Positions 43,580 to 53,660 of a stretch of 64,000 bases of DNA are shown one piece after another. A program made the translations under genes and the position numbers. The stretch lies in assembly GCF_003790525.1 (NCBI RefSeq), contig NZ_CP033635.1, one strand, 5' to 3'. The stretch is from Escherichia coli (lineage in GTDB: Bacteria; Pseudomonadota; Gammaproteobacteria; Enterobacterales; Enterobacteriaceae). Position 1 is the first letter of the stretch; every line of letters begins with the position of its first letter. Under the pieces are notes generated by a model. That model worked only from the letters and a program-made list of their open reading frames with translations. It did not search any database and was not told where the DNA came from.

Positions 43580-44197
43580 GTGAGGAATATGAAAATGAAA
43601 CAACAGTATCAGACCCGTTACGAGCTGCTCCATGAAAACTACCAGAAATGGCTGACCGGCTTCACCCGGCACGCCGTATCATGGGGCGTGTGTCATCCGA
43701 ATATCTACTATTTCCATAATCTGACGCCCGGGTGGGTGTCATTCAATGGCGAAAAACCGGAGATTGCCATCGTTCCCCAGAGTCTGCACCGGCTGATTTA
43801 TGGTCCGGACAAACGGAGCTCCCCGTCCCTGGATGATGATCTGGTGGTGAATTTATGCACCAGCGAACACCTGCTGGTTCATCATCCGATGCTGGAAGGG
43901 ATCCTGCTGTCTGAATGTGAGCGCCTGAAGCAACATTCTCTGGCAAACAAACTGATCAGCCTCTTCCGTCAGTTTGGCGGCACGGAGTTACGTCTCAAAC
44001 TGGTCTGGCTCTGCTGGCTTGACTTAATGACCGGAAACAGCCTTGACGACTGGACGAAAAACCTGAAACACAAATCAGAAAAAGATCTGGAGCAATGGAT
44101 CATTGCACGTCAGGGTCAGAGTGAACCACTGACAAATCTGATGGATCAGTACGTGCTTATGGCATACCGTACATCGGTTGATGCCGCTCACAGTTGA
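43580..44197 (+). CDS. hypothetical protein (CP4-island backbone, unknown function)
   Basis: 205-aa ORF downstream of alpA; no recognisable motif. Confidence 0.5.
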   Translation: MRNMKMKQQYQTRYELLHENYQKWLTGFTRHAVSWGVCHPNIYYFHNLTPGWVSFNGEKPEIAIVPQSLHRLIYGPDKRSSPSLDDDLVVNLCTSEHLLVHHPMLEGILLSECERLKQHSLANKLISLFRQFGGTELRLKLVWLCWLDLMTGNSLDDWTKNLKHKSEKDLEQWIIARQGQSEPLTNLMDQYVLMAYRTSVDAAHS

Positions 44198-44739
44198 TGT
44201 CTGAGAACCACAGGGCTGGCAGCAGAAAACCAGCCCTGTGGTAAAATACAGTAATAGCGGCGTACATCAGGCACGCCGCTCACTCGTCCACAGATCATAT
44301 ACGTCATTATACTGCGCGATAACGGAGGGCTTCAGCACCCGGTCATTTCTGAGCGGGTATGAATACCATTGATGATGCGAAGCAGCCACGTGCAGAAACG
44401 TTCTTCACAACCAGGTGCCTCCATCTTCACTGCAGTCTGAATGTGCCGGCTTGTTATCCACCAGAAATGGTATGCTCCGGTACATGCATACCCCGGAGAC
44501 TATAAACGCACTGAATCATAGCCTCCCACCTCAGCAGGAGGCAGTCAGCTTTCAGGCGGAAAAACGTTGCAGTTAAAGATCGTGAGAATCGCTGTTTCGT
44601 TGCATAGCAACCCGAACAGTTGTAGTGAAACATTTTACCTGCATCAGCACATGGTCAGGCGCCGTCTGTATGGCGTGGAATACTGATGTTTCGGCTGATG
44701 GCAAGCCTCATTCTGTACTGACCCCAAAAAGTTGGACAG

Positions 44740-45591
44740 TTAAACACGAGGCATATAGGTCTGATTCCGATATTCAATTGGAGTCAGACTTTTTAATTTC
44801 AGGCTAATTCTTCTGCTGTTGTAGTATTCAATATATTCCGTAACAGCATCCTTCAGTTCGCTTATATTACTGAACTCATCAAGATAAAAACACTCCGACT
44901 TTAAGGTTCCAAAGAAACACTCCACCACAGCATTATCCAGACAATTGCCTTTTCTGGACATGCTTTGTTTAATACCATGTTCTTTAAGAATATTTTGATA
45001 TTTTCTCATACGATACTGCCATCCCTGGTCAGAGTGCAGAACAGGATGCTCGTGAGGATTAAGCTTTTTGAATGCCTGATCGAGCATATTCTCAACCATG
45101 TTCATCACTGGTCTTTCCGAAAGGCTGTAAGAAATAACTTCGTTGTTGAAGAGATCTATTACTGGAGACAAATACAGCTTGCGCCCATTGACTGCAAATT
45201 CAGTAACATCGGTAACCCACTTCTCGTTTGGCCGCGTAGCCTTGAAATCTCTTTGGAGAACATTAGGGGCGGTTTGCCCTACCTCTCCTCTGTAAGAGCG
45301 GTATCGCTTGACCTTAATCGCTGCTTTAAGTGAGAGGGTTCCCATCAGGCGCTGAACAGCTTTATGGTTAATCTGTTTCCCTTCTCGATGAAGAGACAGC
45401 GTTACCCTACGGTATCCGTATCGGCCTCTATTCTCGTGATAAATCTCACCAATACGCTTTTTAACGTCCGCATACTTGTCAGGCTTGCTGAGAGCCTTTA
45501 GATGGTAATAAAACGTACTGCGCGGTATCTCCGCAGCCCTGAGAAGCTCATCAAGAGGATAAAACTGCCTTAGCTCGTTGAGTACTTTCAC
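44740..45591 (-). CDS. insK: IS150 transposase OrfB (DDE domain)
   Basis: 283 aa; DDE blocks; overlaps orfA end as in IS150. Confidence 0.9.
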   Translation of the reverse strand: MKVLNELRQFYPLDELLRAAEIPRSTFYYHLKALSKPDKYADVKKRIGEIYHENRGRYGYRRVTLSLHREGKQINHKAVQRLMGTLSLKAAIKVKRYRSYRGEVGQTAPNVLQRDFKATRPNEKWVTDVTEFAVNGRKLYLSPVIDLFNNEVISYSLSERPVMNMVENMLDQAFKKLNPHEHPVLHSDQGWQYRMRKYQNILKEHGIKQSMSRKGNCLDNAVVECFFGTLKSECFYLDEFSNISELKDAVTEYIEYYNSRRISLKLKSLTPIEYRNQTYMPRV

Positions 45592-46109
45592 TTTTTCGTG
45601 GGATGAGCTAAGGCTTTCAGCTTTTTTAGATACATAAGCCGCGTTTCAAGAAATCGAACTTGCCTTTCAAGATCCTCAATACGTCGGTCTTTTGACAGCT
45701 CCAATGCTGATGCCGCTTTTTCTGGATCAACTGATATTGCAATGTTTCTTTTGGTGCCAATCTTGAGCGCGCGTAAACCAGCTTCTCCGCGCTCTTCATA
45801 AACCTTCAGCCACCTGGCTACAGAACCACTACCAGCAAGCATAAAGTGAGCAGCAGCCTGATTAAGGGACATGTGCTGCTCGATCACAGCTTTCACGACC
45901 TTAATACGCAACTCTGGATCAGCACTAACACCTTTAGGTTTGGGAATTAAACCTTTTTCTCCATGTTTTTCATAGAGGGCAACCCATGTCCTGACCTGGG
46001 TTCGGGGGACACCAAAACGTGCCGAGATGATCCTGTAACCATCATCAGTAGTGAAGTAGTGATTCACGACTTCAAGGCGCTTTTCAAAAGGGTATTTTGG
46101 CTTTGACAT
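45588..46109 (-). CDS. insJ: IS150 transposase OrfA
   Basis: 173 aa MSKPKYPFEKRLEVVNHYFTTDDGYRI.. matches IS150 InsJ as recalled. Confidence 0.9.
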   Translation of the reverse strand: MSKPKYPFEKRLEVVNHYFTTDDGYRIISARFGVPRTQVRTWVALYEKHGEKGLIPKPKGVSADPELRIKVVKAVIEQHMSLNQAAAHFMLAGSGSVARWLKVYEERGEAGLRALKIGTKRNIAISVDPEKAASALELSKDRRIEDLERQVRFLETRLMYLKKLKALAHPTKK

Positions 46110-48024
46110 ATCAGGGGCTATTCCATTTCATCGTCCAACAAAATGGGTGCAGTACATTCTCTGTGGAAACAGGGGCGCGCATTAGCTTCTCAACCAGAGA
46201 GTGTCACAAAGACAAATATTGCTGAAAATCGCATTCATCGTTCAGGCGTGAATGCCCGGAGACAAAAGCCGCTGTCCACACAGTCCCCCTCTGACCTGAA
46301 CAAAAAGCATACACACAACAGGCTCACCTGACCCCGAAAAACCATAACTTCAGCAATACCAGTGACACCAGCACGTTACCTCAGTGCCACATCTTCAGAC
46401 CGCGATCAATCTGAAATGTGACTATCGGGGCAATATCCCTGCTTTGTGGTACACGATAACCAGAAAACATCCCCTGAACCGCCAGCCAGAAAGACTGGCC
46501 ACAAAAGGGGTAAGCTGAAATCGTTTATGGATTACATCGACATATGCCTGGCAGAGAATGTCCGGAATGACGAGGTTATCTTTGCGGAGATTAAGGCAAT
46601 GGTATACGGGCCGACGTTCCATGCCGCGTTACTACATTCAGCCCGGACGTAAAATGCGCCCGTCAAAAAGAACGGTTCGCTTCGAAACTCAGCCAGGATA
46701 CCACCTCTCCGCCACACCCGGGAAGAAGTTGATATGGTGGTTGCCGGACAACAGCGCTCCTGGATTGACTGCTGCATCACTCAACCACGCTGAATATCAA
46801 AGGAGAGCGTTACCGGTTAAAAGAGAAACGTAAAGCTGTGGTGATGACCCAAAACGCAACGCCTGTCAGTGAGGATGAAATGGTGAAAAGCGGACAGCAT
46901 CAGTAACGGAAGTATCTTAGCGGGTACGAAAATGGCAGGATCGTGACATTGACAGAATATCTCCTGATCATCCTGAATGACTGCAGTTGCTGTAGAAAAG
47001 TAAGCTGTCTCCACCCACGGCACCACTTAACAGGCATTCCGTAACTTCCCCCAGACTTACTATGACGCATTATCGGTGCACTGAAAACGGGAGAGTGCGC
47101 TTAAAACCGCAGACCGCATGCGGGTGTTACTGCATGACAGTCTGGCCGTATTGTGAGATGTCGGCAGGAACCGATGTCCGCGCAGGGGGGAACTTCCTGC
47201 AGTACCTGACGCTTCAAATGGTATTAACCGTAGGGTGTTGTTGGTTCCGGATCGCGGAAATGGGAGCACAGGTCTGCTACGGGGTGTACCTCTGACAGTA
47301 AATCCGGCTCGCTCATCTGACAGCCTCTCTCCCGGAAAAGACCAAAAATGAGATCGTCTCCTCAACAGCAGAGAAGAGGTCTTGACAGACAGGCTACATT
47401 GCATACGATTTATGAAGAAAAAGACAGCAAATATGGAGGTTATAGCGGAGAATACCCTACGAAATTCCTATGAAAAACGATTGAAAAAAATATCAAATTC
47501 GATTCGTTTTTATATGCTTTTTGGGAGCGTGGCGATGACGAACTGTTGCATGTGCAGAGGAGAATGCACCCGGAAGCACCAGAATCATCCAGAAAGGCAG
47601 AACGATTACGCATCAAACCAGGAGACAGCAATATCAAGGTAATATACTGATTTAAAATGAATTTACAGCAATACGTGAAAACATTTTTTACTTAAAGGAG
47701 ACAGATGCGCTGAAGAGAGTGCAGGTATTTTTATATAAAAATGAGAAGTTTACGGGATGTATATCCGGCACACTATGACCGGAGAATATCAGTCAAGCTT
47801 AAAAAGACAATAAATACAGTGAGTTAAATACACAGAGAAAACGTAGTATCAGAGGGTACATCTTACAACAGAGACTGAATTTCCGGTTTTTCATAACCGG
47901 CGCATTCCGGAAAGTGCAGGCGGCCCGGAGGTTTTCTGACGCCACTACCTGGTAGATTGTTCTGTACATCATGTACGGAGGTTTTTGTTTGCTTTTTTAA
48001 AATCTGCAAATGTGAGAAAAGCAG

Positions 48025-49188
48025 GTGAGGTGTATTGTGGGAAAGGAACTGGATGATATCTGCACCAGCTGTCCGTATATCGATACTGTAAAACGGCACA
48101 AACAACAGCTCGGTGCCATAGAGGAATATACACAGTGGTTAAAAAAAGAACCACGGGCATCTTATTTTTTTCTGTTCCAGCTGTATACCCGCATTCACAA
48201 TACATTTTTCTCCCAAAAGCAACAACTCCCGTTCACTCCCGGTGGCACTCACTGCCCGGAACCTGATGTCACCCTTCGGGACTTAACGCTTTCCCCTGGC
48301 TACCACAGTGATTATGCCCCTCAACCCATTCCGGAGATGGACAGTTCTGCTGTTGTTCCCCCAACTAATGAAAACACCTCGCCTCCGGAAGATACTCCCG
48401 ACAACACTCCGGCCGGAGGCAATACCGGACAAGCGGAAAAGACCAGAAACGCAGGACTCACACCCATTCCTGAAAAACGTTCAGGAATGCCCCCGGAACA
48501 TCTGCGGTTTGCCACGGGGTTTCCATCGCAACCGAAGATTGCCGGTCCCAGAGAAAAGCCGATGCGCACCGTGCATCCGGATAAAATCTACCGTGAAATT
48601 ATATGGTTCTGCTCCAGTTACCTGCTGAAATCCGGACCAGAGGCTACGAGGACGATTATCAACTCAGTATTCTCTGAATGGGCCAGCATAAACAATGATT
48701 ACCCCTCCCCCTTTTCGTGGGTGGACAGCAGGGACAGTGAACAGTGTGACTGGTTATGGAACGCCATGCAGATCCGGTGTGTGGGAACCCCGCTGAATCC
48801 CCTTACCCCGGAGCAGAAATACTGGTTTGCCTGCGCCACGTTTGATAACTGGGAGGGCTGGAATGAGCAACAGGTACAGTTTTTACTGGAAAGTAATCCC
48901 AGACGGAACAGAGCGAAGTTTACGCAGGTCTCCTTCCAGGCCCCCAGGATTCAGCATAAAGCGATTCTTCTTGATGAGCTGAAAAGTGCCCGGGAGCAAC
49001 AAAAAAGGCGTGATGAACGTGCTGATGGTTCCGTCCCTCTGAAACTGTCCGGAAAAATCCACAAACAGCTTGAAAGTATTGCCCGAAGTCGTGGTGTCCT
49101 CCCAAAAAAACTGCTGAATGAAATGATTGAGCAGGCGTACCATGATTTGGTGGCAACCAGGCAGAACAGCCAAATCGATTCCAGATAA
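48025..49188 (+). CDS. hypothetical protein with Pro/Thr-rich low-complexity linker (island backbone, unknown function)
   Basis: 387-aa ORF ending 45-84 bp upstream of the YeeP-family GTPase gene; start codon uncertain. Confidence 0.5.
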   Translation: MRCIVGKELDDICTSCPYIDTVKRHKQQLGAIEEYTQWLKKEPRASYFFLFQLYTRIHNTFFSQKQQLPFTPGGTHCPEPDVTLRDLTLSPGYHSDYAPQPIPEMDSSAVVPPTNENTSPPEDTPDNTPAGGNTGQAEKTRNAGLTPIPEKRSGMPPEHLRFATGFPSQPKIAGPREKPMRTVHPDKIYREIIWFCSSYLLKSGPEATRTIINSVFSEWASINNDYPSPFSWVDSRDSEQCDWLWNAMQIRCVGTPLNPLTPEQKYWFACATFDNWEGWNEQQVQFLLESNPRRNRAKFTQVSFQAPRIQHKAILLDELKSAREQQKRRDERADGSVPLKLSGKIHKQLESIARSRGVLPKKLLNEMIEQAYHDLVATRQNSQIDSR

Positions 49189-49271
49189 TTTCAGACAGAT
49201 ATTATTTCCGTGAATCCCCCGCCACCTTTCCGGTGCGCGGGGTTTTGTCTTTTTTCACCGGGAATACATGT

Positions 49272-50144
49272 ATGAATCCGTCTGATGCCATTGAGGCAAT
49301 TGAAAAACCGCTCTCCTCCCTGCCTTACTCACTTTCCCGTCACATCCTGGAACATCTGCGCAAACTCACCAGTCACGAACCCGTGCCTGGCATTATGGGT
49401 AAAAGCGGGGCCGGTAAATCCTCACTCTGTAATGCGCTGTTTCAGGGGGAGATCACCCCGGTCAGTGATGTTCACGCCGGCACCCGGGAAGTGCAGCGCT
49501 TCCGTCTGAATGGCCATGGTCACAGCATGGTTATCACTGACCTGCCCGGGGTGGGCGAGAGCCGGGACAGGGATGCAGAGTATGAAGCCCTGTACCGTGA
49601 CATTCTGCCCGAACTGGACCTGGTACTGTGGCTGATTAAAGCCGATGACCGTGCCCTGTCTGTGGATGAGTATTTCTGGCGACACATCCTGCACCGGGGA
49701 CATCAGCGGGTACTGTTTGTGGTGATGCAGGCCGATAAAACGGAGCCCTGCCATGAATGGGATATGGCCGGTATTCAGCCTTCTCCCGCACAGGCACAGA
49801 ACATTCGCGAAAAAACGGAGGCGGTATTCCGTCTGTTCCGGCCCGTACATCGGGTTGTTGCCGTATCGGCCCGCACCGGCTGGGAACTGGATACGCTGGT
49901 CAGTGCGCTCATGACAGCACTTCCCGACCATGCCGCCAGTCCCCTGATGACCCGCCTGCAGGACGAGCTGCGCACGGAATCTGTCCGCGCTCAGGCCCGT
50001 GAACAGTTTACCGGTGCGGTGGACCGGATATTTGACACGGCGGAGAGCGCCTGTATTGCCTCTGTTGCACGCACGGTTCTGCGTGCCGTCCGTGACTCGG
50101 TGGTCTCTGTTGCCCGCGCGGTATGGAACTGGATTTTCTTCTGA
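49272..50144 (+). CDS. YeeP/YfjP/YkfA-family small GTPase (50S-ribosome-binding GTPase fold)
   Basis: P-loop GIMGKSGAGKSS, DLPG (G3) and Mxxx ADK-like G4; start taken at MNPSDAIEAIEKP. Confidence 0.8.
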   Translation: MNPSDAIEAIEKPLSSLPYSLSRHILEHLRKLTSHEPVPGIMGKSGAGKSSLCNALFQGEITPVSDVHAGTREVQRFRLNGHGHSMVITDLPGVGESRDRDAEYEALYRDILPELDLVLWLIKADDRALSVDEYFWRHILHRGHQRVLFVVMQADKTEPCHEWDMAGIQPSPAQAQNIREKTEAVFRLFRPVHRVVAVSARTGWELDTLVSALMTALPDHAASPLMTRLQDELRTESVRAQAREQFTGAVDRIFDTAESACIASVARTVLRAVRDSVVSVARAVWNWIFF

Positions 50145-50260
50145 ACCCGGTGGTGATGTACCAGGCTGTTGTTACAGATTTTTAACTCCATGAAAACACT
50201 ATGCAAACGCAGCCATACCCGGGTTGTCCCCTTGCGTTGTGTTTCTCAAGTTAATAGAAT

Positions 50261-50305
50261 GCATCGATCGTTACTATCATATCGATCGTTATAAACGATC
50301 GTTTG
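50261..50305. promoter_or_regulatory. cluster of three GATC-containing palindromic repeats (ATCGATCGTTA x2, AAACGATCGTTT) upstream of the dynamin-like operon; candidate Dam/OxyR-type phase-variation switch
   Basis: GATC at 50266, 50284 and 50297 within 35 bp, embedded in direct/palindromic repeats; sits where the agn43 (flu) regulatory region lies in CP4-44. Confidence 0.5.
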
Positions 50306-50361
50306 TAGTAAATGACCTCCTCCGTGGTTGTCATGAAAATGCGTCTTAGGAAGGTTAAATA

Positions 50362-52758
50362 ATGCACGAAAAGAACATCGCCCTGCTTTGTGATGAAGCC
50401 GACCGACTTTTGCAACTGAACATTAATCTGCTCCGGCAAATGGTTGAGGAGCCAGATGTGTTATCTGACAGTAAGAACGAAAACAGACTGCTTTTTGATA
50501 AACAGAAAGCACTGAAAAGAATTGAGGAGCTGGAGGGCGAACAAATCAAAACCGCCCGCAGGGAGATGGTGCTGGCTGTTGTCGGCACGATGAAAGCAGG
50601 CAAATCAACCACCATCAACGCCATTGTGGGGCAGGAAATTCTGCCTAACCGTAACCGCCCCATGACCTCTGTACCGACGCTCATCCGCCACGTTCCCGGA
50701 AAAACTGAGCCGGTTCTCCATCTGGAACATATTCAGCCTGTCCGCAATTTATTAATCACACTGCAGGAAAAACTCGCCACCCCGGCAGGACAGCAGGTCG
50801 CACAGACCCTGCAGCAAACCGGGGATACCCGCGAACTGCTGGATATTCTGACGGATGATGGCTGGCTCAAAAATGAATACCACGGGGAGGAGGAAATCTT
50901 TACCGGACTGGCATCGTTAAACGATCTGGTTCGTCTTGCTGCGGCAATGGGGACTGAATTTCCTTTTGATGAATACGCAGAAGTGCAGAAACTGCCGGTG
51001 ATCGACGTGGAATTCAGCCATCTGGTGGGGATGGATGCATGCCAGGGAACACTCACACTGCTGGATACCCCCGGCCCTAATGAGGCCGGACAACCGCAGA
51101 TGGAAGTGATGATGCGGGATCAACTGCAGAAAGCCTCTGCGGTTCTGGCTGTGATGGATTACACCCAGATGAACTCAAAAGCGGATGAAGACGTCCGTAA
51201 AGAGCTTAATGCCATTGCTGACGTATCAGCCGGCCGCCTGTTTGTACTGGTCAATAAATTTGATGAGAAAGACCGCAATGGCGATGGGGCAGATGCCGTA
51301 CGCCAGAAAGTTCCGGCAATGCTGAACAGCGATGTGCTGCCCGCCTCCCGCGTTTATCCCGGATCCTCACGCCAGGCATACCTGGCTAACCGTGCGCTTC
51401 ATGAGTTACGGAAAAACGGAACCCTTCCTGTTGATGAAGCCTGGGTCGATGATTTTATCAGAGGTGCCTTCGGTTGCATGAAAAAAGAATACGTCTGTAA
51501 AGACAGTGAACTGGCAACTGAAGGGGCGACAGACCTGTGGGAAGGCTCACTTATCGATCAACTGATAACGGAAGTCATACAGAGCTCACATTCCAGAGCT
51601 GCGGCACTGGCGGTTGACTCTGCCGCCGCAAAACTGATGCAGAATGCAGAAAATATCAGTGAATACCTGTTGTTACGCCATCAGGGGCTACAGCAAAGCA
51701 TTCAGTCACTGCAGTCGCATATCACCAGCCTGCTTGCGGATATCCGGGAAATCGCGGACTGTCAGGAGCAGATGACCACTGATGTCAGAATGGCCATGGA
51801 GGAGATCGATACTAAAACCCGGGAATTACTGACGGGGGTCTGCACCTCACTGGAAGAGGAGCTGAATGACTATTTCAGAAGCGGTAAACGCAAAGAACAG
51901 CAAATGCTGGAGGAAGAAGACGCAGAACAACGAAGGTCTCAGTCCGGATTATGGGGGAAAATTTCTCAATGGTCCGGTATCAACAACCAGGGCCGGGAGG
52001 ATTACAGGAAACGAGATTTTGCCCCGGACAGCCCCGAAATAAAATTCAGTGATCGCAGGGAAGCCCTTGAACTGATGACGCAAATCGAATCGACCGTGAC
52101 CAGCCTGCACCGTGAGGCTGAAGCACAGTTCCGGCCTGAGCTGGAGAAAATCGTCAGCGGGATTGAAACAGGTTTTCGTGGCACGGCCCTGTACGCCACA
52201 GAAAACATTGCCGGTCGCATCAATGCCCGCCTGGAGGATGAGGGCTTTACCGTAAAAATCAGTTTTCCGGCAGTCAGCCAGTTACAGACCCGGCTCGCGG
52301 TAAAAATAAATCTGAGTGCGCTTATGGAGGAAAGAACGGAGACCGTCACCCGTCGCCGTCGGCAGAGTGGCGTATGGGGAACCGTTTGTCGATGGTTTGG
52401 CACCAGTGACCTGGGCTGGGAAAACTATGACGAGGATGTGAGTCGCAGCGTGATCAATATCAACAAGGTCAGAGAGGAAGTTATGTCACTGACCCGGGCA
52501 TATTTCGGGGAGCTGCAGGCATCCATTGAGCAGGATATTAACCAGCCCGTCCGCCAGGAAATCGATGCCTTTTTCTGCGCATTCAGGGAGAAAGTTGAAC
52601 AACTGCGTAACACGCTGATTCAGAGCTCTGAAGATCATAAACGCGATCAGCAGGCGCAGGAACGGCTTACCGGGCGACTTCAGGCATTAAATGAAAGGGT
52701 TCCTGAGCTCATTACTGACAGTAAGGCGCTGAGGGAAGAGCTGGAGACAATGCTGTGA
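50362..52758 (+). CDS. dynamin-like GTPase (bacterial dynamin-like protein; CrfC/YjdA paralog)
   Basis: 798 aa; AGGAAGG RBS; P-loop GTMKAGKST (G75-S82), G3 LLDTPGPNEAGQ, G4 VLVNKFDE; N-terminal 330 aa closely parallel K-12 YjdA/CrfC as recalled; long coiled-coil C-terminal half. Confidence 0.85.
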   Translation: MHEKNIALLCDEADRLLQLNINLLRQMVEEPDVLSDSKNENRLLFDKQKALKRIEELEGEQIKTARREMVLAVVGTMKAGKSTTINAIVGQEILPNRNRPMTSVPTLIRHVPGKTEPVLHLEHIQPVRNLLITLQEKLATPAGQQVAQTLQQTGDTRELLDILTDDGWLKNEYHGEEEIFTGLASLNDLVRLAAAMGTEFPFDEYAEVQKLPVIDVEFSHLVGMDACQGTLTLLDTPGPNEAGQPQMEVMMRDQLQKASAVLAVMDYTQMNSKADEDVRKELNAIADVSAGRLFVLVNKFDEKDRNGDGADAVRQKVPAMLNSDVLPASRVYPGSSRQAYLANRALHELRKNGTLPVDEAWVDDFIRGAFGCMKKEYVCKDSELATEGATDLWEGSLIDQLITEVIQSSHSRAAALAVDSAAAKLMQNAENISEYLLLRHQGLQQSIQSLQSHITSLLADIREIADCQEQMTTDVRMAMEEIDTKTRELLTGVCTSLEEELNDYFRSGKRKEQQMLEEEDAEQRRSQSGLWGKISQWSGINNQGREDYRKRDFAPDSPEIKFSDRREALELMTQIESTVTSLHREAEAQFRPELEKIVSGIETGFRGTALYATENIAGRINARLEDEGFTVKISFPAVSQLQTRLAVKINLSALMEERTETVTRRRRQSGVWGTVCRWFGTSDLGWENYDEDVSRSVININKVREEVMSLTRAYFGELQASIEQDINQPVRQEIDAFFCAFREKVEQLRNTLIQSSEDHKRDQQAQERLTGRLQALNERVPELITDSKALREELETML

Positions 52759-53660
52759 CTTCACCATTTATTCAACAAATTGCTGATAACCGGGTATGTC
52801 AGGTACTCACCTGTCTTCCTGAAAAATTTGTGGTTGATTTCGCAAACGGAATCGATGTTGCACAGGAGCATATCCGCACGGCCGGAGAGCGCACGTTCTT
52901 CCGGCGTTTAAAAGAGGGGCTGACCGGCGAAGGCGCTGCACGGCAGAATGCCATCAATGCGTCGCTTGCACAGGGCGTTGAGGCGTCCCTGCGCTGGCTG
53001 ACGGAGATGACAACGTCACTTGCCACCACAAACTACGCGATTACCCGGGTAAACGACAGGGTCAGTTCACTGGTCAGTGATACAGCCAGGCTGGCGCATT
53101 ATTCCGCAGATACGCGGGAGCAGTTACTCACCCTGGCCGATCAGGTTCACCATAAACTGAATCATCTTGAAGAAAAACTCCACCGTGTTGACCAGGTTCA
53201 GCGGGCGCAGTTACATCTTGAGCAGATATTCTCATGGTGGAGCGCCGGGCGATATGCGTCATTTTCCCCTGCCGGACGTTGTTATGTGGCACTTGAAGAG
53301 CTTCGCTGGGGCGCGTTTGGTGATGTGATACGTCAGAGCGAAACAGGCCAGGTTAACCAGCTACTGGATATTCTCAGACATAAAGCATTAACGCAGATGG
53401 CACAGGAGAGTGGCGGTAGTGCAACCGTGCGTCTGAACACTCTGGACTGGCTTGGTGGTCAGGGCCGGGAGCAGGCAGATAACGAGTGGCATGACGCGAT
53501 TAACTGGCTGGGAGACTGGTGCAGTGAAGAGCAGCATCCGGTGATCTGGTCAACCACGCAGGCTGCAGAACACTTACCGGTTCGCATGCCTCGCCTCTGC
53601 TCTGCAGAACGCCTCTCTGAAAGTATGGTCGATGAAATATTTCAGAAGGGGGCTGCATGA
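52755..53660 (+). CDS. YjcZ-like protein (partner of dynamin-like GTPase), unknown function
   Basis: 301 aa; GTG start overlapping upstream stop (GTGA); same gene order as yjdA-yjcZ in K-12. Confidence 0.6.
   Translation: MTSPFIQQIADNRVCQVLTCLPEKFVVDFANGIDVAQEHIRTAGERTFFRRLKEGLTGEGAARQNAINASLAQGVEASLRWLTEMTTSLATTNYAITRVNDRVSSLVSDTARLAHYSADTREQLLTLADQVHHKLNHLEEKLHRVDQVQRAQLHLEQIFSWWSAGRYASFSPAGRCYVALEELRWGAFGDVIRQSETGQVNQLLDILRHKALTQMAQESGGSATVRLNTLDWLGGQGREQADNEWHDAINWLGDWCSEEQHPVIWSTTQAAEHLPVRMPRLCSAERLSESMVDEIFQKGAA

Larger units (their letters stand above)
44714..46156 (-). mobile_element. IS150 (IS3 family), complete 1443-bp copy with 3-bp target-site duplication TTC
   Basis: terminal inverted repeats TGTACTG... 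at 44714 and ...CAGTACA at 46156; flanking TTC on both sides; orfA/orfB match IS150 InsJ/InsK. Confidence 0.9.

Noticed and set aside
47060-47404. Possible structured ncRNA or small protein in the ORF-poor stretch between IS150 and the 387-aa gene
   Set aside because: No recognisable RNA family signature, promoter-terminator pair or coding signature by eye; would need covariance-model search.
49422-49931. 169-aa minus-strand ORF inside the YeeP-family GTPase gene
   Set aside because: Antisense to a gene with clear P-loop motifs; no features of its own.
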